DNA from: Sumerlaeia bacterium
GTDB taxonomy: Bacteria > Sumerlaeota > Sumerlaeia > SLMS01 > JAHLLQ01
DNA: 64,000 nt
Direction of reading: 5' to 3'
NCBI GenBank assembly: GCA_040219255.1
Contig: JAVJSW010000046.1
Location: forward strand, 160,001-224,000
A model generated the notes under the pieces. That model had not been told where the DNA came from. It saw nothing but the letters and a program-made list of their open reading frames with translations, and made no database searches. The position numbers were made by a program, and so were the translations under genes. Below, one piece after another: positions 48,487 through 57,504 of this stretch; positions within the stretch are counted from its first letter, which is position 1, and each line of letters starts with the position of its first letter.

Positions 48487-49752
48487 TCAGAGATTGTGTG
48501 ACTCCGAAATAATCGCCTCCGCCGCATAGCGTCCGCTCCGCAGGGCGCCGTCCAGGGAAGCGCTCAGCCGATGATCCCCGCAAACGTAGAGTCCGTCCCG
48601 ATGTTTGGGGCTAATGGAATTACCGATGCCCGAAGGGGGAGTCTGGAGCGGCTGGGCGTGGGGGATCCGGTAGGTTTTCAGGTGGTGCCAGCGGCGGGCT
48701 TCGGCGCCAAAAAGAGAGGCTAGGCGATCCCGAACGTTCCGCGACAATTCGTCGTCGCTTTGTCCAGAAAAATCCAGGACACTGACGGAGAGCAGATGAG
48801 TTCCCGTCTGCGTCTGCGCCGGATTGACCTGATCGACCCAGTGCAGATTGTTGATGGGTCCCGCGGTTTCGCCGTTGAGCATGAGCCAGGGCCCGTGCAC
48901 CGGGAGGCTCTTGGTGACGAAGTAAAGGCAGGCGACGCCGCGGCCCGGGGTTTCGGATGCCTCCTCCTTCCGGTCGAGAAGGCGTGCGGCGGCGGGGGCG
49001 TCGGTGGCGACGACGATGGCGCGGGCGGTGACTCGCTCGCCATCTTGAAGGAGCACGTCCTGGCCCTCGATGGCGGCGACGGCCCGTGTGTAGGTGATGG
49101 AGCCTTTTGGCAGGGCGGCGGCCAGTTGGTCGGGGATGGCCTGGATGCCGCGGGCGGGGATGGCGGTATCGCCCTTGGCCATCATGCGGATCACGAAATC
49201 GAGCATGCGGCTGGAGACCTGATCGAGGGCGTGAGTCAGGAAGATTCCGCCAAGGAACGGCCGCCAGAAAGCTTCGATCATGGCGGGGCTGAAGCCGATG
49301 TCGCGGAGGACGTCGAGAGCGGAGGTTTCCTCGCGGGAGAAGATTTTCGCCAGATCGCCCTTCATGGCGCGTGAGCGGAGCGAGAGGACGCGAAGTTTGT
49401 CCCGGAAGGTGCCGATGTTGGCGAAGAGGGTGGCGAAGGCCTCCGAGGGTTGGCGCATCGGATCGGACTGCATATGGAACCGTCCATCGCGCCAAATCAT
49501 GGCGCCTGGGTGGAAGGCTTTGAGTTCCAGGGCGTCGTAGTCCAGTACGCGCCGGCATTCCGGGTAGGCGGTCAGGAGGACCTGGAAGCCGCGGTCGAGG
49601 GAGTAACCGTCCACCAGGTCGGTGCGGACGCGGCCACCGGGACCGTCGCTGGCTTCATAGATGTGGAAAGCGACCCCGTTGGCGACAAGGTGGCGGGCGC
49701 AGGCGAGGCCCGCGAGTCCGGCTCCGATGATGACGACATCTGGGTTGCTCAT
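48487..49752 (-). CDS. FAD-dependent oxidoreductase (amine oxidase/phytoene desaturase-like)
   Basis: IIGAGLAGL, GGRVRTD, LDRGFQVL and CGDH...S..GA..SG motifs. Confidence 0.88.
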   Translation of the reverse strand: MSNPDVVIIGAGLAGLACARHLVANGVAFHIYEASDGPGGRVRTDLVDGYSLDRGFQVLLTAYPECRRVLDYDALELKAFHPGAMIWRDGRFHMQSDPMRQPSEAFATLFANIGTFRDKLRVLSLRSRAMKGDLAKIFSREETSALDVLRDIGFSPAMIEAFWRPFLGGIFLTHALDQVSSRMLDFVIRMMAKGDTAIPARGIQAIPDQLAAALPKGSITYTRAVAAIEGQDVLLQDGERVTARAIVVATDAPAAARLLDRKEEASETPGRGVACLYFVTKSLPVHGPWLMLNGETAGPINNLHWVDQVNPAQTQTGTHLLSVSVLDFSGQSDDELSRNVRDRLASLFGAEARRWHHLKTYRIPHAQPLQTPPSGIGNSISPKHRDGLYVCGDHRLSASLDGALRSGRYAAEAIISESHNL

Positions 49753-49783
49753 GCGCTTCTCGATCAATCCTTGGGTCAAGACT

Positions 49784-50320
49784 TCAGGCGGCGGGGGGCT
49801 TGGCCAACTCGCAGTAATCGGGTCGGTCGGAAACCATGCGATGACGATAGGCCCTGACAATTCGGAGGCCGTCCATCAGAAAGACGCCCGGCATTTGCAG
49901 GACTTTGCCATTGGGCCGGCCGATCCGGTGTCCTCCGAGCAAAGCCGCCTGGATGCCGCGAACGACGACCGTGGGGCCGAAGAGTTGGCTGGCCTTGCCC
50001 TTTCGCAGGCCGAAGGCCTGGAAGAGCACCAGGTCTGGATCGGAAACGCGAGGGGCGGAGGTCACGCCGTAGCGCTCGAAGACGGGCCGCATCAGTGTTT
50101 CTGAGCTGGGGTGGACAAAGACGAGACCGATGCCCTGAGCCTCCAGTTCAGTGCGGCTCTGGGCGGCTTCGGCGACGGCTTCGCGGCAGAAGGTGCAGCC
50201 GCTGTGGCGTAGGAAGATCACCAAGTGGGGTTTGCTGTTGAGGACCGTCAGGAGGTTTTCGCCGACGTGGGTGCTGAATCGGCCCAGCAGGTCCTCGGAA
50301 AGCGTGGGTTCGGCGGGCAC
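49784..50320 (-). CDS. Peroxiredoxin-like AhpC/TSA_2 (PRXL2/SelL-related) redox protein
   Basis: FLRHSGCTFCRE, SDP...LF.AFGL and QMPGVF motifs; GTG start with aaggag RBS. Confidence 0.8.
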   Translation of the reverse strand: MPAEPTLSEDLLGRFSTHVGENLLTVLNSKPHLVIFLRHSGCTFCREAVAEAAQSRTELEAQGIGLVFVHPSSETLMRPVFERYGVTSAPRVSDPDLVLFQAFGLRKGKASQLFGPTVVVRGIQAALLGGHRIGRPNGKVLQMPGVFLMDGLRIVRAYRHRMVSDRPDYCELAKPPAA

Positions 50321-50322
50321 GG

Positions 50323-51723
50323 TCAGGTGGACTCCTTGGTGCGGCCGAGTTGGTGACGCAGGGCGCCTTCGACCGTTGGGTACTGGTATTCGTAGCCGCT
50401 GGCGAGAAGCTTGGCGGGTTTCACGCGGAGGCTGGCGAGGAGGCCTTCGCGGGCGAAATCGCCGAGGGCCGCCTTCATGGCGAAGGCGGGCGCGGGCGGG
50501 CCGACGGGCCGGTGGAGAACGTGAGCGAGGGTCTTGGTGAACTCCGCGTTGGTCACTGGGTTGGGGGCGCAGAGGTTGACGGGGCCTTCCAGCTCCTCGT
50601 GCGCGAGCATGTGGTGCAGGCCGCCTACCATGTCGTCGAGGGCGATCCAGCTGAACCACTGCTTGCCGCTGCCGAGCCGGCCGCCGAGGAAGCCCTTGAA
50701 GGCGGGGAGCATGGCCTTGAGCGCGCCGCCGGCGGGGGAGAGGACGATGCCGATGCGGGGGTGGACGACGCGGATTCCGGCTTCCTTGGCGGGCAGGGCG
50801 GCGGCTTCCCAATCGCGCGCCACATCGACGAGGAAACCTTCGCTCATAGGCGAATTGGCCTCCGTGACTTCCATGTCGCCGGTGTCGCCGTAGATGCCAA
50901 CGGCGGAGGCGGAGAGGAAGACCCTTGGTTTGCGTTCGAGGCCGGCGAGCGCCTCGGCGAGGGTTTCCGTTCCGAACTTGCGGCTGTCGTGGATTTTGCG
51001 CTTTTTCTCGCTGGTCCAGAGTCCGGCGATATTCTCGCCCGCGAGATGGATGACGGCGTCGAGGCCTTCGAGTTCGGCGTGGTTTTCGATGCCTTTACGC
51101 GTGTCCCAGAGGATCTGTTTCTCGGGCAGGTTGGGTTTAGGCGACCGCGTGAGGCGAATGACTTCGTGACCGCCGGTGGTGAGGAATTGAGTCAGTGCCT
51201 GACCGACGAGACCGGTGGAGCCGCTGATGAGGATCTTCATGGGTGCGAGAGCCGCCTTGGCGTGGAGTTGCAGGTCGCTGGCCACGATGCGGTGGCGATA
51301 GGCGAACATGCGCTCGAGATCGCTCCGTGCAAGACTCCCGCCAAAGAGTTCGCCGAGTGCCCCCACCGGCAGCCGATAGCGCACATCGTCGGTGTAATCG
51401 CAGACGGCGCCGTCGCCGGCCGGTTCAAACAGATGGCGGTGATCCCAGGAGGCGAAGGGTCCCTTCTCCATCTGATCCCGGAACTGGCGGCCTTCCCGGT
51501 AATCCAGCATGCGGGCGATCCAGGTCAGCGTAGCGGGGCCTTTGCGGATTTTCATGGTCCAGCGGGCGCCGTCTTTGACCCCATCGCCTTCGCGCTTCAC
51601 GACAAGAACGTTCTCCCAGGGCGGAGTGAGACGCTCGAAGGCGTTGGGGTGCTCGTGCCAGGTGAAGGCTTCCTCGGCGGAAACGGCGAGGCGGGTGGTT
51701 TTTTTCAGGCGATGGTCCGTCAT
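50323..51723 (-). CDS. SRPBCC domain + TIGR01777 NAD-dependent epimerase fusion
   Basis: N-terminal F.WH...AF.RL.PPW and GPF..W.H.H; SGSTGLVG, HLAGENI, SASAVG.YG, SWI..DD and GPVN..AP motifs. Confidence 0.9.
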   Translation of the reverse strand: MTDHRLKKTTRLAVSAEEAFTWHEHPNAFERLTPPWENVLVVKREGDGVKDGARWTMKIRKGPATLTWIARMLDYREGRQFRDQMEKGPFASWDHRHLFEPAGDGAVCDYTDDVRYRLPVGALGELFGGSLARSDLERMFAYRHRIVASDLQLHAKAALAPMKILISGSTGLVGQALTQFLTTGGHEVIRLTRSPKPNLPEKQILWDTRKGIENHAELEGLDAVIHLAGENIAGLWTSEKKRKIHDSRKFGTETLAEALAGLERKPRVFLSASAVGIYGDTGDMEVTEANSPMSEGFLVDVARDWEAAALPAKEAGIRVVHPRIGIVLSPAGGALKAMLPAFKGFLGGRLGSGKQWFSWIALDDMVGGLHHMLAHEELEGPVNLCAPNPVTNAEFTKTLAHVLHRPVGPPAPAFAMKAALGDFAREGLLASLRVKPAKLLASGYEYQYPTVEGALRHQLGRTKEST

Positions 51724-51738
51724 GAGCGGGGGGTGTCC

Positions 51739-52470
51739 TTAGCGGGTGCGGGTCGTGGCAAGACCGCCATCGACGCCGAAAACTTGGCCGGTGATCCAAG
51801 TGCTTTCGTTGGAAAGCAGGAACGCGACCATGGGTGCCACGTCCTCGGGTGTGCCGATTCGGCCCAGGGTGTGCATGGCGGTGGACACCTTGAGGCTTTG
51901 CTCGTTTTTGGTGATGCGCTCGGCCAGCGGGGTGTCCACCAGCCCAGGGGCCACGGCGTTGACGCGGATTCCGGAGGCCGCGTAGGTGGCCGCGGCGGAG
52001 GCGGCCATGGCGGACACGCCGCCCTTGGCGGCGGCGATGGCTTCGTGGTTGGGAATTCCGATGCGGGCGGCGGTGGTGCTCATCAGGACGATCGAGCCTC
52101 CGTCCTTGCGCATGGCCCGGGTGGCGGCGCGCAGGACATAGAACGCGCTCGACAGGTTCAGGGCGAGGGTTTGCTGCCATTCCTCTTCGGTGGTGAGGTG
52201 GGCGGGCTTGAGCAAGATCGAGCCGACGCAATTGCAGGCCGCTTTGACGGGACCGAGTTCCTGGGCCTTGCGGAAGACAGCGTCGACGTCGTCCGGCTTG
52301 GTGGCGTCGGCGATCAAGGCGGTGGCCCCGAGTTCTTCCGCGAGGACGTTCAGCCGTTCCTCGCCCCGGGCGGCAATGACCAGGCGGAAGCCTTGATCCG
52401 CCAGGCGGCGGCAGACTTGGGAGCCGATGCCTCCCGTTCCTCCGAAAATGACAGCAATTGGTTCGCTCAT
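51739..52470 (-). CDS. SDR family oxidoreductase (atypical catalytic motif)
   Basis: GGTGGIG, RVNAVAPG and TGQV..VDGG motifs; HEAIAAAK in place of YxxxK. Confidence 0.88.
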   Translation of the reverse strand: MSEPIAVIFGGTGGIGSQVCRRLADQGFRLVIAARGEERLNVLAEELGATALIADATKPDDVDAVFRKAQELGPVKAACNCVGSILLKPAHLTTEEEWQQTLALNLSSAFYVLRAATRAMRKDGGSIVLMSTTAARIGIPNHEAIAAAKGGVSAMAASAAATYAASGIRVNAVAPGLVDTPLAERITKNEQSLKVSTAMHTLGRIGTPEDVAPMVAFLLSNESTWITGQVFGVDGGLATTRTR

Positions 52471-52560
52471 GACAATCCTTTCTGTCCAGGTTTTGTCGCG
52501 TTCAAATCCGCGAGAGCCTGGACATGGTGTCATGGTAAGCACGGCTCGTTCCCGGGCGGG

Positions 52561-54087
52561 TTATTCCTCTTCGTCGTAGGACCCGGCCTCGAAATCCTCG
52601 TCCGGATCGTCGGACGAGGCGCGCGAGCCCCAGCCGACGAAGACTTCCTCGACGCCGTCCTCCTCCTCCTCCTCGGGGTTGGCTCCGGCCGCTTCGCGCC
52701 AGGGCGAGGCGGCGCTGCCCTTGGCCTTTTCGCGAACCGCCGGATCCCAGCCGCCTTCGATGGACTTCTTCTTGTAGAGGAACTTGATGGGGGTACCTTC
52801 GAGGCCGAGGGTGCGGCGGAACTGGTTCTGGAGGAAACGCTCGTAGCTGAAGTGCATGAGCTTATCGTCGTTGACGAAAAAGGAGAAGGTCGGCGGACCG
52901 ACAGCGACCTGCGTGACGTACTTGATTTTGAGGGGTTTGTTGCGCATGACGGGGGGCGACCGATAGGAAGTGGCTTCGCGCAGAATGCGGTTGAGGACCG
53001 AAGTGGGGAATTTGATGCGGTAGTTCTTCGCGCAGCCGGCGATGATGTCCCAGAGCTTGTAGGCGCGCTGGCCGGTCTTGGCGGAAATCGTGAGGATCGG
53101 GGCCCATTTGAGGTGCTTGAAGTCCTCGCGAGTGCGCTGGATGTACTCGCCGTACTTCTCCTTGTCCTTCACAGCGTCCCACTTGTTGAGGACGATGACG
53201 CAGGACTTCGAGCGTTCCATGATGTAGCCGCTGATGTGGGCGTCTTGGGCGGTGAGGCCCTCGGAGGCGTCGAGAATCAGCAGGGCGACATCGCAGCGGT
53301 CGATGGCGGCCATGGAGGTGTGGACGGTGAGGCCCTCGGCGCCGCTGCCGATCTTGCCGCGGCGGCGGATACCGGCCGTGTCGATGAGGGTGTAGCGCTG
53401 GCCGTGAACGGTCAGGTCCGTGTCGATGGCATCGTGGGTGGTGCCGGGGATGTCGCTGGCGACCATGCGTTCTTCGCCGAGAAGCCGGTTGACCAGGGTG
53501 GATTTTCCGACGTTCTGGCGCCCGACGATGGCGACGCGGACGGGGCGATTGGCGGGGTCTTCCTGCTTGGCTTCGGGGGTTTCGGGAAGGAACCGACAGA
53601 TTTCATCGAGGAGGTCGAGGACGCCTTCGCCATGGAGCGCGCTGACGGGAAAGACGGCGTCGGCGCCATAGGCGGCGAAATCCGAGATGGCCTGGACGAC
53701 CTTCTTGTAGCTGTCGGCTTTGTTGACGGCCAGGAAGAAGGGTTTGCCGGAGGTGCGAAGGCGGTTGATGATCTCCAGATCGATGGGGTCGTTCCAGACG
53801 GCCTGCTCGGTGAGGAAGATGATGGCGTCGGCCTGCTCGATGGCGGCCACGGTTTGCTCGCGCATAAGAGCCAGCAAGGGGGAATGGGTCGTGTCCTCGT
53901 AGCCGCCGGTATCGATCAGGACGAAGCGTTTGTTGGCGTATTCGGCGTGGGCGTAATGGCGGTCGCGGGTCATGCCGGGCATCTCGTGGACCAGGGCGAT
54001 GCGCCGGCCTACGATGCGATTGAACAGCGTGGACTTGCCGACGTTCGGCCGGCCGACGATAGCGACGATGGGGAGTTTCTTGGACAT
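52561..54087 (-). CDS. der: Ribosome biogenesis GTPase Der (EngA)
   Basis: Two GTPase domains (GRPNVGKS/DTGG/NKAD and GRQNVGKS/DTAG/NKWD) plus KH-like C-terminus. Confidence 0.96.
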   Translation of the reverse strand: MSKKLPIVAIVGRPNVGKSTLFNRIVGRRIALVHEMPGMTRDRHYAHAEYANKRFVLIDTGGYEDTTHSPLLALMREQTVAAIEQADAIIFLTEQAVWNDPIDLEIINRLRTSGKPFFLAVNKADSYKKVVQAISDFAAYGADAVFPVSALHGEGVLDLLDEICRFLPETPEAKQEDPANRPVRVAIVGRQNVGKSTLVNRLLGEERMVASDIPGTTHDAIDTDLTVHGQRYTLIDTAGIRRRGKIGSGAEGLTVHTSMAAIDRCDVALLILDASEGLTAQDAHISGYIMERSKSCVIVLNKWDAVKDKEKYGEYIQRTREDFKHLKWAPILTISAKTGQRAYKLWDIIAGCAKNYRIKFPTSVLNRILREATSYRSPPVMRNKPLKIKYVTQVAVGPPTFSFFVNDDKLMHFSYERFLQNQFRRTLGLEGTPIKFLYKKKSIEGGWDPAVREKAKGSAASPWREAAGANPEEEEEDGVEEVFVGWGSRASSDDPDEDFEAGSYDEEE

Positions 54088-54103
54088 GAGAGTTCCGGAT
54101 TAC

Positions 54104-54246
54104 GAATTCACCACAGAGGCACAGAGGGCACAGAGGGTGTTCATGGGAAATTGAAGAGTCAGACGAACGGAGAAACTTCGATCAATGAGATTCTTACGGC
54201 CGCGGGGCATCAACCTCTCGGTGTTCTCTGTGACTCTGTGGTGATT
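54104..54246. repeat. Inverted pair of REP-like repeats (copies 3 and 4)
   Basis: 54104-54137 gaattcaccacagaggcacagagggcacagaggg and 54214-54246 (reverse complement aatcaccacagagtcacagagaacaccgagagg). Confidence 0.75.
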
Positions 54247-55465
54247 GTTCTTCATCGGGTTCCACGCCACAGACTTCCAGCACGGCTCGCGCGGCGTTTT
54301 TGGAGGCGCCGGGGCCGCCGAGCTTGTTCTTGACGCGAAGCAAATCCGCTTCCATGCGCTCGTAGGCCTCGCGGTCGGTCATGTAATAGTAGGTCTTGTC
54401 GGCCAGATTTTGGGCCGTGAACTCGTCTTGCAGCAACTCGGGCACGATTCGGTCGCCGGCGACGATGTTGGGCAGGCCGATGTGACCGATGGTGAAGAGG
54501 TGCTTGCCGATGGTCCAGGTCGAGTAGTTGACCCGGTAGACGATCAGCATGGGCCGGCCGAGGATGGCGGCTTCCAGGGTCGAGGTGCCGGACTTGACCC
54601 AGGAGAAGTCGCTGTATTCGCGGACGTGATAGCGGAGGCGGTCGACGACGACAGGGGGATCTTCCAGGTCCATCTTGGCTACGATGGCGTCGATCATTTC
54701 CGGGTCGATGGTGGAGGCGCGGACGATGACGAATTGGGCGGTGGGGTCCTGCTCGCGGTAGCGCCGGGTGCCTTCGAGCATGATGCTCAGGAACTGGGTG
54801 ACTTCCTTCTTCCGGCTGCCGGGAACGAGGGTGATGAGAGGGCGGCTCGGATCGAGGCCGAATTCTTCGAAAATCTCTTCACGGCTTCGTTCGACCTTGA
54901 TGAGGTCGAAAAGCGGATGGCCGACATGCTCGACATCCACGTTTTCCTCGCGGTAGAGACCGACTTCGAAAGGGAAGACGACGAGCATCTTGTCCACCAG
55001 CTTGGCCAGTGTGTAGAGGCGGCTTTTGTGCCACGCCCAGATCTGGGGGCTGATGTACCAGATGACGGGGATGCCGAGTTGTTTGGCTTTCTCCGCGATG
55101 CGGATGTTGAAGCCCGGGTAATCGACCAGGATGAGCGCGTCTGGCTGCCATTCGCGGAGGTGATCGACGGTGGCGTAGAACAGCCGGCGGATTTTGCGGA
55201 TGTTCGCCAGCACGGCCACAAAGCCGATGATGGCGAGGTCCTTGACGATGTTGCGCTGGAGGACGACGCCAGCCTTCTCCAGGTTCGGACCGCCGAGGCC
55301 GCGGGCGTCGAAGTTGGGGTAGAGCTTGCGGAGAGCCTTGATCAGGTTCGAGCCATGGATATCGCCGGAGTTTTCCCCCGCGATGATGAACAGGCGCAAT
55401 CGCCGGCCCGAGGGCGGGTCGTTTTCCACGTCGATTGGGGTGCTGCGGCCGTTCAGGTCGGACAT
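54194..55465 (-). CDS. lpxB: Lipid-A-disaccharide synthase
   Basis: AGENSGD, VDYPGFN, YISPQIWAW, VGHP, PGSR..E, SGT.TLE, LPNI and PELLQ motifs. Confidence 0.96.
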   Translation of the reverse strand: MSDLNGRSTPIDVENDPPSGRRLRLFIIAGENSGDIHGSNLIKALRKLYPNFDARGLGGPNLEKAGVVLQRNIVKDLAIIGFVAVLANIRKIRRLFYATVDHLREWQPDALILVDYPGFNIRIAEKAKQLGIPVIWYISPQIWAWHKSRLYTLAKLVDKMLVVFPFEVGLYREENVDVEHVGHPLFDLIKVERSREEIFEEFGLDPSRPLITLVPGSRKKEVTQFLSIMLEGTRRYREQDPTAQFVIVRASTIDPEMIDAIVAKMDLEDPPVVVDRLRYHVREYSDFSWVKSGTSTLEAAILGRPMLIVYRVNYSTWTIGKHLFTIGHIGLPNIVAGDRIVPELLQDEFTAQNLADKTYYYMTDREAYERMEADLLRVKNKLGGPGASKNAARAVLEVCGVEPDEEQSPQSHREHREVDAPRP

Positions 55466-55475
55466 AAGGGGGGGC

Positions 55476-56504
55476 TTACTCGGCGGTGACTTCGTCGATG
55501 TGATGGCGGAGTTTTTCCTCGATCAGAGGGACGCTCTTTTCGCGGATCAACTCGGTGATCTTGATGACGACATCGAGGGCTTCCATGGCCTGCACTCCGG
55601 TGGTTTGCGGGGCGCGGCCTTTTTGGATGCAGGAGACGAAATCCTCCAACTCGAGCTTCAGCGGTTCCTTGCGGCGAACCTTGATGCGCTCGGTTTCGAT
55701 GAAGTAGCGGGACTCGCCGGGTTTGGCGGGCCCGTCTTTTTGCAGGCGGCGATGGATTTCCATGGCCTGCTTCTGGTAATCGAGGCTGATGTAGGCGTTT
55801 TCCTGATAGACGCGGAGCTTGCGCATCGGTTTGGGCGTCACGCGGGAGCAGGTGACGTTGGCGATGCAGCCGCTCTTGAACTTGATGCGGGCGTTGGCGA
55901 TGTCTTCGCGATCGGTGAGGATGTTCGCGCCGACCGCTTCGATGTCCTCGATTTCCGAGTTCACGATGCGCAGGATGATATCGATGTCGTGGATCATCAG
56001 GTCCATCACGACGCCGATGTCCTGGACCCGGGGATTGAAGGGCCCGAGGCGGTGGCATTCGATGAAGAGCGGTTCCTTGAGGTACTGCTTGAATTTCTGG
56101 ACGGCGACGTTGAAGTGCTCGATGTGGCCGACTTGCAGGACGACGTTCTTCTCGGTGGCGAGAACGGAGAGTTTGGCGGCTTCCATCACGGTGTTGCAGA
56201 TGGGTTTTTCGATAAGGCAGTGAATCCCGGCGTTGAGGAATTCGGTGCCGATATCGTAATGGTAAACCGTGGGGGTGACGATGCTGACGGCCTCCACGTG
56301 GCCAATCATCTCGCGGTAATTGGTGATGGCTTTGGCGCCATGCTTCTTGGCGATGGTTTCGGCGCGGTCGGCGTCGGAGTCGCAAACGAAGAGCAATTCG
56401 GCGTTGGGGCTTTCGGCCAGGACGCGGGCGTGGTGCTGGCCCAGGTGGCCTACGCCGACCACCCCGATGGGAATCTTTCTCGACGATCCGTTGCTATGCG
56501 ACAT
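55476..56504 (-). CDS. Gfo/Idh/MocA oxidoreductase (GnnA-like UDP-GlcNAc 3-dehydrogenase)
   Basis: GVGHLGQHHAR, EKP, QVGHIE.FN and DLMIHDID motifs; adjacent to lpxB. Confidence 0.8.
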   Translation of the reverse strand: MSHSNGSSRKIPIGVVGVGHLGQHHARVLAESPNAELLFVCDSDADRAETIAKKHGAKAITNYREMIGHVEAVSIVTPTVYHYDIGTEFLNAGIHCLIEKPICNTVMEAAKLSVLATEKNVVLQVGHIEHFNVAVQKFKQYLKEPLFIECHRLGPFNPRVQDIGVVMDLMIHDIDIILRIVNSEIEDIEAVGANILTDREDIANARIKFKSGCIANVTCSRVTPKPMRKLRVYQENAYISLDYQKQAMEIHRRLQKDGPAKPGESRYFIETERIKVRRKEPLKLELEDFVSCIQKGRAPQTTGVQAMEALDVVIKITELIREKSVPLIEEKLRHHIDEVTAE

Positions 56505-56570
56505 GGTGAGTTGAGTCTCCGTGGTCCCGCTCCCGGCGCGTGAGCGCTCTCAGCGGTGTGTGGGGCGACG

Positions 56571-57500
56571 CTATCCAAGGCGAAGCATGAACGCAACGAC
56601 GGTCATGACCCACAGGATAACGGTCAGCAAAAGCGGTTTGTCGGTGTAGAGAAGCGTTTCCGGGGCGCCGCCTTCATCGCGCTGGAAAACGAGCCAGAGG
56701 TAGCGGAAGATACCGTAAAGGACGAACGGCAGCGTCAGCACCAGGTAGTACGTATTGCCCGCGCTATGGAGCGCCGGGGCGACGGCTTTCGTGGTTTGGG
56801 CGAACTGGCCCTGGACGGTCCAGAGGCCGTAGCTGAAGACGACGCCGCTGGTGGCAACCATGAGCATCATGTCGAGCAGTTCGCGGGAGTAGTCCTTGAG
56901 GACGCGGCGGTGGCTGCCGGCGTCTTCGCCGAGAGTGACGATTTCGCTGCGCCGTTTGCAGATCGCCAGGAACAGCGCCAGGAAGAGCGTGGTGATCAGG
57001 AAATAGGGGGTGATGACGACCGGCGGGGCGCCTTCGTAGCGGATGACTTCGATGCCCGCCAGAGCGCGGATGACAAAACCCAGCGCCAGGATCAGGATGT
57101 CGAGGATCACGGCGTGCTTGAAGGTGGTCGAGTAGAGGGTCACCAGCACGAGGTAGCCGAGGGCCAGATAGGCGAACTGGATCGGGAGGAAGAAAAAGCT
57201 GACGAAGAGCGCCGTGGCGCCGAGGATGATTGCGCCAAGACCGGCGGCGGCGGGGCTGATGGCTCCCGAAGCGATGGGGCGGAAACGCTTCTTGGGATGA
57301 AGGCGGTCTTCCTCGCGGTCGAGGATGTCGTTGCAGATATAGACGACGCCGCTGAGGGCGCTGAAGATGGCGAAGCCGAGACAGGCGTTGAGCCAGGAGT
57401 GGGGGTCGTCGATCCGCAGGGCGAAGACGAGCCCGGCGAAGAGGAGGACGTTTTTCACCCACTGCTTCGGCCGCAGAGACTTGAAGAATGCGAATATCAC
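56571..57500 (-). CDS. UbiA-family polyprenyl-phosphate phosphoribosyltransferase-like protein
   Basis: LRPKQWVKN, Y..NDILDRE.DRLHP.KR.RPIASG and KRR.E motifs; start uncertain. Confidence 0.88.
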   Translation of the reverse strand: MIFAFFKSLRPKQWVKNVLLFAGLVFALRIDDPHSWLNACLGFAIFSALSGVVYICNDILDREEDRLHPKKRFRPIASGAISPAAAGLGAIILGATALFVSFFFLPIQFAYLALGYLVLVTLYSTTFKHAVILDILILALGFVIRALAGIEVIRYEGAPPVVITPYFLITTLFLALFLAICKRRSEIVTLGEDAGSHRRVLKDYSRELLDMMLMVATSGVVFSYGLWTVQGQFAQTTKAVAPALHSAGNTYYLVLTLPFVLYGIFRYLWLVFQRDEGGAPETLLYTDKPLLLTVILWVMTVVAFMLRLG

Positions 57501-57504
57501 GGGA

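Noticed and set aside
49784-50320. Selenoprotein (SelL-like)
   Set aside because: Both CxxC positions are Cys codons; no in-frame TGA
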